Assembly (NCBI GenBank): GCA_903813345.2
Contig: CAIIXF020000001.1
Location: 9,362,001 to 9,426,000 of the forward strand
Direction: 5' to 3'
DNA: 64,000 nucleotides
Source of the DNA: Owenia fusiformis
Taxonomy: Eukaryota
Part shown: one piece after another, positions 53,486-64,000 of the stretch
Position numbering within the stretch: position 1 is the first letter of the stretch
Layout: every line of letters begins with the position of its first letter
The notes under the pieces: model-generated
The model's input: only the letters and a program-made list of their open reading frames with translations
Told to the model about the DNA's origin: nothing
The model's database searches: none
Translations under genes and position numbers: made by a program

Positions 53486-56400
53486 TTTCTATTACACTCA
53501 TCTTATTAAGAGTTCATATCGCATAATAACCCTTATTATCGGATTCCAGCTGTTAGTAGTATTAATTTGAATAAATTAAAACTGAGTAGTACAGCTGAGT
53601 GGACATGTATATGCACCGATAACTAGGTCTATTTTTGCTTAGCTGCCAACGGAAACACACCTTTATAGGAGACTAGGCTATTTGTACATAGCTGTAAATA
53701 GCACATGAATTTTAGTTCAGATGATCTGCTCGACTTGTTGAATTTTTTTTCAACAGTCATTTGTTTGCAGTTTTTTGGAACTTTATTTACTAGTCTAGCT
53801 ACATTTGTTTGGACTTATGAACCATTAGTACGGCTCCTAGGCCTAGTGCTCCTGAAATTATGTACTTGGACAGGTAGGGAAATATTATGATTTTTCAAGA
53901 TGGAAGTTTGAATACTGAAGGTCTAAATGACCATGGTCTATAATGACCACAGTCAAGGTCTAGATGACCACATGTTAGGTCTAAATGACCACAATTTAGG
54001 TCTAAATGACCACAGTTTAGGTCTTAATGACCACAGTTTAGGTCTGAATGACCACAGTTTAGGTCTGAATGACCACATGTTATTTCTAAATGAACACATT
54101 TTAGGTCTAAATGACCACTGTTTATGTCTGAATGCACGCACCAAAGGTCCAAATGACCAAAGTTCAAGGCCTATAAACCAAAGTTTGACCAAGGTTCAAA
54201 ATGAGCCGCCATCAGAATATTAGTCATATTAGAGGTCATATTACAGTTTCAGCGAGCATATCCAATTGCATAGCCTCATAGTAGGTTCAAATTAATAGAA
54301 TCATTTTTGTTTTGATTCAAGTTCTAGTAATCTAGTGCTTATAGATTCATGTTCTGTTTATCAGCGGTCTATATGTTCAATATGTTTGACTCATCTTTTG
54401 AGAACAAGTCCGAATTGAAGATAACAGACAAGCATGTAAAATCTGTCCATAAATATTGGTCAAAAACATTATCCTAGTAGATATCAAAATATGAAGAAAA
54501 TGCTAGAGCAAGCTATCTAGAAAGTAAATGAACTAAAAATGTTCCTAGTCCCAAAGCAGATAGAAATCTACAATTGCAAAATGGGAAATGGCATATGCAA
54601 TACTGGTAATGTGTGTCACATGGACTTCCTGAAATAAAGCTCTTTATCCATGGGAATCGGGTTAACAGCCCTAGATCAAATGACAATACTCGTACAATAT
54701 TTTGATTAAAACAGCTATTGTTGCTAAACAAGGATTTCCCATAACCAACTACTGTAGTTGAAACAAGCTTCATGCTTCAAATTTTCATTTTGACAAGAGT
54801 GAATTGGAGAATTTTCTGTCGTCATACCATTACCTAACCAAAAAGAGAATACCCCAAGCTGGGCAAAAGAATTGTTTGGTGATGACTCAACAAAGATTTT
54901 GTCAAAGACATGAAAACATAGTTTTCTAGATCAAAATCTTTCAATAGATTATAAATACAAGTATTTGACAGCCTTTTGAATAGGCCAATGAAAGCAGAAA
55001 CTGTCAGCTGTCAATAGCTACACAGCTAGAAGTCATGACAAACAATGTCATTATAGACGATGTCGCTCCAGCACAACTTACGCTGGAGGAAAATCCTTGT
55101 CCAATGACAGGTACGTCAATTTTATTTTTAAAATTAAACCAAAATGGATCTAAAAAAGATGAATGTTTTGACATAACATCAGATCTAGAAAAAACAATCT
55201 GGAAGTTCACTAAAACAGAAACCTAGGTAAATTACATATACTTTTTGAAGTTTCAAAGTCACCTACATAGAAATATGAAGTATGGTCAAGGTTACCAGAG
55301 ATTCTGAGAAATGATAACAATATAGCTTAAGATTTCTAAATGGAAAGCAGCTTTAATATTTCTAAAAACTGCGATTTTAAGCAATCGGATGTTTGTCCAT
55401 CCTTTAAAAACAGGAGATTCATTTAACTCTTAAACATGCAACAGAAAGGCAAAGTCAAGCATAGATCAATTTCTGTGTCACATATTGTTACAGGAGAAAG
55501 AGGATTGTTCCCAGAGACTCGTTCTCAATCTAAACTCTAAAAAATCTAAACCTTAACCATTTAGTTGGTATGAATATTTCAAAATGGAAGACATGGTAAC
55601 TCTAAGAAACATGAGATGGCCAAACAATTACCGATGGTGAAAGTCCATGCTAAGGATGCTTATATGACCATAAGCATACATTTGAGGCACAGGAAATAGC
55701 TCTGTTGAATGATATAACATCATTTGAGATCATTACTATGGACCTTGCTTCCCTCAAACTCGTGAAAATACCATAAGCACTATTGTGGAATATTTAATTT
55801 GGTTTTGAATCTTTTATTGATTCTCTGATGTCATTAACCTCTCGCCTATCCGCTACTCATGAACATGATGTCAAGTTAGTGAAATATTTGTTTCAAACTG
55901 AAGTTTCTGATAAATGGGGAAAAGCCTATTGTTGAATTTTTCCCATCATAAAAATGTAAAATGGAGCTTTGTAGTTTTGTGATCAATACAATTGAGATGA
56001 ACTTGAAAGCCTTAATAGAAATGATAGTTTCTATCAAAATTCTCGCAAAGACTTTGTAGGGATAGAATCAACCCTAGTCAGTAATCTTACTCAAGTTATT
56101 GAGATACTTTTGAATTGTACTTTAGTCTGTAATCTGTATATTGAACCTCTACATTTATTGACACTTGCAAAGGTCAAAGCAGTCCTACATGTATGCATTG
56201 ATTGCCAAAATAACTCACAAAAAAAATGAATTCAAAATTTGATAGTGATTGGTCCAAGAAGTCGAAATTCAGAATACTAATAGTGTTATCCGAATCAATA
56301 ATTACAATAACAACAAAAAAGCAGCCTGTTTGGCTAAAGTTCAAGTCTGACGGGACAGTAGCTTAGGGGAAATAGATTAACAAAAAATTGTTTCATATGA

Positions 56401-58706
56401 ATGAAAGCCATGGATATGGTAGTGAAAGTATTCACAAAACTTAGACAATGTTATATAAAATTAACAAGAAAACCACGATGACATTATGTGAACAAAATGT
56501 GGGGAACGAGATGGCTAGAAATGTTAAAAGCAATGCAAGATCGTTCAGATACCTTTGCCAGAGATATCATTATTACTGTATAATATCTTCCAAGGAATCA
56601 GAATTGAATGTCAGATCAAACCTAGAGAAATTCCTCGATGCATCAAACTAGAAATAAAGATTGGGAGATTTTTCCTAATTGAAAGTTTTAAGGTCCAGAT
56701 AAATTGATTTTGTCGACCAGTAGAAAATTAATATTTCAGGTGGAAACTAAACCCAGAAACTCTGGAAGTTGACATATTTATTCAGAATAAACAGTCAAAT
56801 AACTTTCCTCCAATTTCTTAAATCAGCCGTTTACTGGTTAAAGTGAGACAGAAAAAATGCACAGATATGGCTCTTATAGCCCCAATGTGGCAAATGGCTC
56901 TGCGGTATCTATAATTGTTGGAAATGTTGGTCTGTATGCCCATCTTATTGCCAAACCATATGAAATTACTAATATCTAATCTTACAGCCTTTATAAAAAA
57001 AGAAGCTACATAACACTAACGGTGTCCAAATTATCATCCTCAAGTTTGAAACTAGAGGTTTCTGTGACAAACTGGCAAAACATGTATGTTCATTAAATCA
57101 AGTAAAGAAAGTACTTAAATTACTTCCAAGGACCCCTAAAAAACATGGGTATGCTGCATGTTCTAATAAACATGACATTAATATTTAGCCTCTGATACAA
57201 ATTTAGCCAATTTCCTAACTGAAATGTCAAATCAGGTATGTGCTATTCGTTTCTCGATACTTAAAGTCTGCAAAATCAGCATATAATGGAACCATAGATA
57301 GGTAAGTCAATACCATGTTCTGGTTGATTTTATGGAAACTTTTACAATGGAAACCCACTAAATAAAATAAATGAAACTTGGGATGTGAATAAGGTCGTAC
57401 TGTATCTCACATTGAACATTCGGGTCAGAATAGAATTCTCAACTGAAAGTACACAATAAGTCATGTTAAAGTCTATTTCAAGCATGTATCCCAGGGCCTC
57501 TGAAATAATATGCCATTGGATGGTTGTCAAAGACAGAATGTCAACACATAAAATTGGGGTTTCAAGTTTTTTCATGAGAATCCATTTAATGATGTTGTAC
57601 TAGCATTTAGAAAATACCAGAAACATCTGAAACAAACTACTAGTAGTAGAAGGGAATCATAAGAAGGAAGTTTAAATTATCCTTGTCAAATGTCATGCGA
57701 TGCCATGCATGTACATATCCAGTAAAACATCTCATATACATACACATTAGCAGTTTCTATAACAATACATAAAGGTCTTAATTTTATAGAATAATAATAA
57801 TAGATAGATATTTAATAAATACATTTAAGTACATTTGAAAGACATATTTAACCAGGTATGCAGTAACAGTACCATAAACTTGAACATTTGATATATCTAC
57901 AAACCAAGTGATGGGAAATGCAAATTAACTGAATGCTTAACAATTTTACAATCTGTTAAACTGATAAAGGAAATTAAAGGATTTAGATCAGTTGTTCTGA
58001 GGTCATGTTACTTTAAACATGCGATATGAACTCTTAATAAGATGAGTGTAATAGAAATTTTACAATTTCTTAAGAATCTCGCTAATGAAATTATAATTTT
58101 ATTAACGAGATCTTATTAAGAGTTCATATATTCCCCCCTCGCCCACCCAGTCGTTAATTGTCACTAAAACACAGTTTTGTCTTATTTCAGAACATAACCA
58201 CAGACAACTGAGTTATGAAGGATAGAATTAACATTCAACAATCTTCATCAAGTCAAATATTATGTATCTGGATTTTTACACTCTCAAAGTTGTAATGAAA
58301 GTTTTTAAAGTTTAAATCTCACAAACAGTGAAAGGTTTATATCCTATACTACACAAGGACTTTATTTTAACTTTGCATCCCACAAAGATTTAGGGATAAA
58401 TTGGACATCTCACAAGCAGTGGATGTAGTTGTTTTCTTTGTCAAAGAATTCACTGAAGTTTACTCATAGTAAGGTGAGTTTTTCAATGGTTTCAGAATAT
58501 TAAGTTGGCATCTAAGCAATAGACCTAGTTATCGGTGCATATACATGTCCACTCAGCTGTACTACTCAGTTTTAATTTATTCAAATTAATACTACTAACA
58601 GCTGGAATCCGATAATAAGGGTTATTATGCGATATGAACTCTTAATAAGATCTCGTTAATAAAATTATAATTTCATTAGCGAGATTCTTAAGAAATTGTA
58701 AAATTT
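53486..58706 (+). mobile_element. DIRS1-like tyrosine-recombinase retroelement, non-autonomous
   Basis: ITRs 53500-53633 / 58518-58651, right extension to 58706, ICR 58019-58129 complementary to both outer ends; RT traces (FKME ~55580, KDAY ~55652), FPP/IAPxW ~56800-56890, TWDVNKV ~57376. Confidence 0.9.
53920..54155. repeat. 21-bp tandem repeat (GGTCTAAATGACCACAGTTTA), ~11 copies
   Basis: Directly visible; gives rise to the LGLNDHS-repeat ORF. Confidence 0.9.
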
Positions 58707-59237
58707 TAATTTTTCTTTCTATTTTCACAAACTACAGCCAATGAGCAGTGGTACTGACTCTTTTGGACATCATTTCACTATCACAGTCACAGGTATGGTA
58801 ATACTGCACTATGTGGGATGACGACTAGTGATTTTTGTTCTATTGTTCTATTTACATCTCTACATTTTTAAGCGTGAGTGCTGACGACAGTACAGTGCAC
58901 AATAACAGCACTTATAGATTATTCTCTTTGCAAAATAAGTTTACAAATAGTCATATTTTATAATACTTAAATAAATGTGATCTCTGACAAACAAAAATAG
59001 CTCCTCATCCCAATCTGAGCAAATTACTAAGCCCATATACTATAGGCTATCTACTAGACTATCTATATATTGTCTTATTTTTATTTGTTTATTGTTCATG
59101 TAAGTCTTAGTGAGGATTCCTCTTTTTGGAGTCTATACCGCACAGCACTTGAATATAGGATGGTAGTTCCCTATGTTCTTGTTTCACTTTTATGCTTAGT
59201 GGGGGGGATTTTGGTCCAGGAGAGTAAAACACATATA

Positions 59238-60228
59238 CAGGGTGTCTCAAAAAAATGTACCCAAAAGTATACCAAGAGCACAGATAAACCAATCAATATT
59301 TTCAGACATTTTTTGCATGGTCATGTAGCCAAAACATGAAAGTTTTCTCCCCAATACACCATTTTTATTTCAGTCTTGTCTTTTTGATGCTTTAACCCTT
59401 TACCTTTTACACCACATAATCGATGTAACCTCATATTTCGATGACAGCCTGTGTCCTTGCTGCTACATTGTTCATCACATTTGATAATAATTCTGGTGGA
59501 ATGTTTTGGATTTCTCTTTAGATGTTGCCCTTAAGTTGTTCTAGGTCTTTTTTCTTGGAATGAACATTAAAACACTCCTTCAAATAGCCACAGAGAAAGA
59601 TGTTTGAGGATGACGATGACAGAACAAACACAGATAATCAGGTCAATTATCGGCAAGTGATTCAGGAGTTAACTTCCAGAGTTAGGCCAGTTAGCCTGGA
59701 GACCAAATCATATCCAAATGAAAACACAGTGGTCTCAAATTGATACACAAACAAAAGCTACACTAGAATCCCAAGCAATGCAGTTTCTTGAACATCTGAT
59801 CTCACTGTACAAGGGGGCTATAAGATATTGTGAGGGCCTCCCTATTCGCCATATTTGACAGCCCATACTTTTTTCCCTGAGGCTATTTGAAGGACCATTT
59901 TTATTCTAAACCCAAACTAAGAGACCTAGAACAACTTAAGACCAGCATCCAAACAGAAATCGAAACATTCCACCAGATATATCAAATGTGATGAACAATG
60001 TAGTAGTAAGGATGCAGACTGTCATCGAAATATGAGGTTACATTGAATATGTGGTGTAAAAGGTAACGGGTTAATGTATCAAAAAGGCAAAACTGAATTA
60101 AAAACTGTGTATAGGGGAAAAAACTTTCATCTTTTATCTACAAGACCATGCAAAAAATGTCTGAAAATATTGATTGGTTTGTCTGTGGTGTTGATATACT
60201 TTTGGGTACATTTTTTTGAGACACCCTA
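59238..60228. mobile_element. Tc1/mariner-derived foldback element
   Basis: TA-CAGGGTGTCTCAAAAAAATGTACCC termini, ~350-bp inverted arms. Confidence 0.8.
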
Positions 60229-60334
60229 TATTCATGAAAAACGACTTAAAGGTAATTGCCATATACATGTACATGTTCTCTCAATCAACTGATATTTTCC
60301 AGTCTGGTGCAGTAAAAACTGGTATAGGTTAATC

Positions 60335-63300
60335 ATGGATGTTGACATCAACTCATGGCGAGCAAGAATAGGACACTTTAATACAACACACACACCACTA
60401 CAAAAGGGAACTGGAACCTGCTATGGTAAACCCAATGCAAATGTTGATGAGAGTATAAACTTACTGTATCTCCTCCTGTACATAATTTCTATTCACATTG
60501 ATCCCTTGGTAGAATTTTATCAAACAGCAAGTTTTATTCCAATCATCAACTCGATAATAACAAGAATTTTAGCTATGGTTGTTCTACTTTACTCACTCTT
60601 ATTACTCATGACTTTACTTTGTAAGCCTTGTTTGTTTCTGCTGAAATATTCAGTTAATCTGCAGGAAACTGGTGAAACTTTGGCACTATTTTTATTGATA
60701 ACCAATCTAATCATTGAAATTCCAGACCTGAGTTACCTATTACTGCAAGCTGGAGATGTTGAAACAAATCCTGGCCCAGAATTGACCGCACAAAGCGACA
60801 TGAAATTCCTTTTCTCCAACATCAATAGCATTGGAAGTAATGAAGGCACCAGGTTTGAATCTCTCAAATTAAAAATAAGGGATAGAAACATCTCTGTAGC
60901 TGGTCTTTGTGAGGCTGGTAATTTAAATTCAAAAACTATCTCAGACAAATATACAATTCCAGATTACCATACCCCCATGTATCATCCAGGGGGCAGAGGC
61001 CTTATGATCTATGTAAAAAGTGATCTCATATGTATTCCAAAGCCTGAATTTAACACAGAAAATAGCCTGTGGGTAAATGTTAAATTAAAAAACACATCTG
61101 TTTTATATGGGGTGCATTATCGCTCCCCTAGCATGAATGCAATCCAAGAAGCGGCTTATTTTGAAGAGTTTAAAGAGAACTTAAAACTTGCCTCCAAATT
61201 TAAATGTGACTATTTGATCATAAATGGAGATTTTAATTGCAAAAATAAAAAGTGGTGGAATGAAGGAACAACTGATTCAAAAGGAGCAAAATTAGATACC
61301 ATACTTACAGAACTTAACCTTTTCCAATTAGTCAAGGAACCTACTAGAATCACTAGAAATTCAAGAACTTGCATAGATCTTTCAATAACAGACAAAGCAT
61401 TTCTGGTTAAAGAAATATCAGTCATTGATCCAATCGGAAACACTGATCATTCAACAATTTTGACCACTCTTCCACTTAAACTAGACAAAAAACATGTGAC
61501 TAAAAAAACAATATGGAATTATGATCTTGGAGATGTAGATAAAATAAACTCAAATATCAGCGATATCGATTTGACCGACATTTTCATAAATAACAATGAA
61601 AATGTGAACTTAACTACTGAAAACTTTACTCGCGATGTTTTTGACATTTTTTCCAATAACATTCCGCAGAAAACTTACATAACCAAGGCAAATGACCAGC
61701 CATGGATTAACAAAAAAATCAAACTTGAGATCAGAAAAAAAGAAAAACTTTTTCGTAAGTCAAAATCAAATGATGACCCTGTTCATTTTGAAAATTATGC
61801 CAATCAAGCAGAGCATGTAAAGACTCTTATTAAAGAAGCAAAATTAACTCATGAGGACAAATTAGTCCAACAACTTAATGAGTCCACATGTAAGGGCAAG
61901 CAATATTGGAATATTGTAAACTCATTTCTCTCCAAAAAATTCAATGACTGTCTCCCTTGTCTCAGAAGTGAAACTTCATGTTCTATTGCTACATCTGACA
62001 CTGAAAAAGCCAACCTTTTCATGAACCTTTTCTCTGGCAAATATCACCATGATGAGCTTCATGGTGATATGGTCTTTCCTAATTTTCCAAAAAGGTGCAA
62101 TCAAGAAATTGACAATATTACGACAACACCTGATGAAATAAATAAAATCATACAGTCTCTTGAACGTGACAAAGCATGCGGTCTTGATGGAATAAATAAC
62201 AGAATGGTGAAAATTGCCTCAGCCACTCTATCAATCCAACTTTCTTCGCTTTTTAACTTTATTTTCCAAAAGTCAGAATTTCCTGACTGTTGGAAGTTGG
62301 GAAATATTTCTCCAATTCATAAGAAATCTGACCGGTCATTCGTTGAAAACTATAGGCCGATAACATTATTAAGCACTTTCTCCAAAATTTTTGAAAAGGT
62401 ACTCCATGCTAGAATCATGAAACACCTTATGGATAATGACCTCTTATACAAGTTTCAGTCAGGTTTTCTCCCAGGCCACAACACAGAACTTCAACTTTTA
62501 GCAATAACTGACTATATTTATCATCAAATGGAACAAGGAAACTGTATTAACTCGGTATATCTCGACATTTCGGCTGCGTTTGATACCGTCCCGCATTCGC
62601 TCTTAATACACAAAATGAAATCTTATGGAATTAACGGCAAAACAATTGATCTTTGTGATTCTTACCTGAGGAATAGAAAAGTTTGTGTATCAATCAATGA
62701 CCAACATTCTAAATTCTCAGACAACAACTTCATAAACTCTGGTGTTCCTCAAGGCTCAGTAATAGGCCCCCTCATGTTCCTCATCTATATAAATGACCTC
62801 CCAGACAACTTAGACTCTGAAGCATACATATATGCTGATGATACATCTCTATATTCATTTTTTCATCCATCAAATGCTCAAACAGATCAGATTCAAAATG
62901 ATCTTAATAAAATTAATCTGTGGTCAAAGAAATGGTTCCTTAAATTCAAACCTTCCAAAAGTGCCCAAGTCATATTCCACTCAAACCGGATCAAAAACTT
63001 CCAAAAAACGCCACTTTATTTTGACGGAGAAGTCATTCCATGTAAAACTTCACACAAACATCTTGGATTTATCCTTGATGAAAATTTGACTTATGAAGAC
63101 CATATTAACTATCTTTCACGGAAAGTTCAAAAACTCCTTAATCCACTCAAGTATCTGTCAAATAGTGTAAGATCCAAACACCTTGAAACAATGTATAGCT
63201 CCTATGTAGCATCAAATTTTGACTACTGCAGTGCCTTGTATGGGTCTGCCTCATTAGCCCTATTAGCAAAACTTGACAAATTGCACTATCAAGCAGGTGT

Positions 63301-64000
63301 AATATGTGCAGGTGTTCTTCATGGCTCAGATACCTCCAAAGTTTTTCAATGCCTTAACTGGAAAACCCTTAGTCAAAGGAGAAATGAAAAAAATGTTCGG
63401 ATAATGTTCAAAATAAACAAAAGAAATGTAGCACAATATATATGCGACATATTTGACAAATATAAAAACCCAGCCACCAGACTACTGAGACATTCTATGC
63501 CTTACAATATTCCAACTAATGTTTCTATCAGACTCCTTAAAGCCCCTGTCTTAAATATTATAAAACAATGGAACAACCTTAGCCAACTTATAAGAGAATT
63601 ACCAACCATCTCTAGTTTTAAAAATGCTGTTCGGTCAACAATTCTCCCAAACATAAATTTCATTCCAACAACCAAGCTAAACTTAACAAGGTCAAATGAG
63701 AAGATTTTAAACAGACTTCGTGTCGATTTCTTTTTAAAAGAACACTTTTTCTCTCATAATTTTATTGGTGTAACCGACAACAAGTGTCCATGTGGATCCC
63801 CTGAAAATACTAAGCACTTTCTCCTTTCTTGCCCCCGCCATACTGATGATAGGACAAACATGATTACTGCACTTAGACAAAACAACCTTCTCTATGATGA
63901 GAACATCTACACCAACCGAAATGATCAAGTCAAATATCTCCTCTATGAAAATACCCTTAGCCGTGATTCACAAAACTTACTTCTTAACATTGTGCTCAAC
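60335..64000 (+). CDS. Intact CR1-like LINE polyprotein: hydrophobic leader, 2A, APE endonuclease, RT, CCHC (3' end outside window)
   Basis: All motifs fall in one frame (>=1222 codons; absent from the ORF track because no stop occurs): MDVDINSWRARIGHF, LLQAGDVETNPGP, GDFN, TDH, NYRPITLL, GVPQGS, YADD, CPCG..HFLLSC. Confidence 0.93.
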   Translation, partial: MDVDINSWRARIGHFNTTHTPLQKGTGTCYGKPNANVDESINLLYLLLYIISIHIDPLVEFYQTASFIPIINSIITRILAMVVLLYSLLLLMTLLCKPCLFLLKYSVNLQETGETLALFLLITNLIIEIPDLSYLLLQAGDVETNPGPELTAQSDMKFLFSNINSIGSNEGTRFESLKLKIRDRNISVAGLCEAGNLNSKTISDKYTIPDYHTPMYHPGGRGLMIYVKSDLICIPKPEFNTENSLWVNVKLKNTSVLYGVHYRSPSMNAIQEAAYFEEFKENLKLASKFKCDYLIINGDFNCKNKKWWNEGTTDSKGAKLDTILTELNLFQLVKEPTRITRNSRTCIDLSITDKAFLVKEISVIDPIGNTDHSTILTTLPLKLDKKHVTKKTIWNYDLGDVDKINSNISDIDLTDIFINNNENVNLTTENFTRDVFDIFSNNIPQKTYITKANDQPWINKKIKLEIRKKEKLFRKSKSNDDPVHFENYANQAEHVKTLIKEAKLTHEDKLVQQLNESTCKGKQYWNIVNSFLSKKFNDCLPCLRSETSCSIATSDTEKANLFMNLFSGKYHHDELHGDMVFPNFPKRCNQEIDNITTTPDEINKIIQSLERDKACGLDGINNRMVKIASATLSIQLSSLFNFIFQKSEFPDCWKLGNISPIHKKSDRSFVENYRPITLLSTFSKIFEKVLHARIMKHLMDNDLLYKFQSGFLPGHNTELQLLAITDYIYHQMEQGNCINSVYLDISAAFDTVPHSLLIHKMKSYGINGKTIDLCDSYLRNRKVCVSINDQHSKFSDNNFINSGVPQGSVIGPLMFLIYINDLPDNLDSEAYIYADDTSLYSFFHPSNAQTDQIQNDLNKINLWSKKWFLKFKPSKSAQVIFHSNRIKNFQKTPLYFDGEVIPCKTSHKHLGFILDENLTYEDHINYLSRKVQKLLNPLKYLSNSVRSKHLETMYSSYVASNFDYCSALYGSASLALLAKLDKLHYQAGVICAGVLHGSDTSKVFQCLNWKTLSQRRNEKNVRIMFKINKRNVAQYICDIFDKYKNPATRLLRHSMPYNIPTNVSIRLLKAPVLNIIKQWNNLSQLIRELPTISSFKNAVRSTILPNINFIPTTKLNLTRSNEKILNRLRVDFFLKEHFFSHNFIGVTDNKCPCGSPENTKHFLLSCPRHTDDRTNMITALRQNNLLYDENIYTNRNDQVKYLLYENTLSRDSQNLLLNIVLN

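Noticed and set aside
53430-53490. CRE+ETS motif (TGACGTCACTTCCG) followed by GCCATG, as a host gene disrupted by DIRS
   Set aside because: Rejoining the flanks gives a stop after 8 codons; no supporting exons found.
53927-54223. LGLNDHS-repeat protein
   Set aside because: Translation of a 21-bp minisatellite inside the decayed DIRS element; no evidence of coding function.

Overview
AT-rich eukaryotic genomic DNA with spliceosomal introns and a very dense, nested transposon landscape. The repeat types suggest a marine invertebrate, probably a lophotrochozoan (inference). Host genes on the minus strand are a complete 5-exon eIF5A (162 aa, CDS 20319->5441, with a probable 5'TOP/TCT non-coding first exon near 23140) and the last coding exon of RNF32 (45123->44737). 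The standout is a 4,384-bp miniature Maverick/Polinton (36514-40897) with 233-bp near-identical TIRs, AGTAGT termini and a 6-bp TSD. It has no pPolB, capsid or protease genes but keeps two intact genes: a chromodomain integrase and a packaging ATPase. The ATPase is flanked by zinc fingers and is split just before Walker A by a GT-AG intron that the ORF track missed. Also present: an intact single-ORF CR1-like LINE with a hydrophobic leader and a 2A StopGo motif (60335->end), a DIRS element with perfect ends and ICR but fully decayed genes (53486-58706), a decayed CR1 carrying nested insertions, a solo L1-type ORF1, three HINE/pearl-like satellite-bearing elements, and many MITEs with identifiable TSDs. 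All coordinates and matches were read by eye; no database searches were run.
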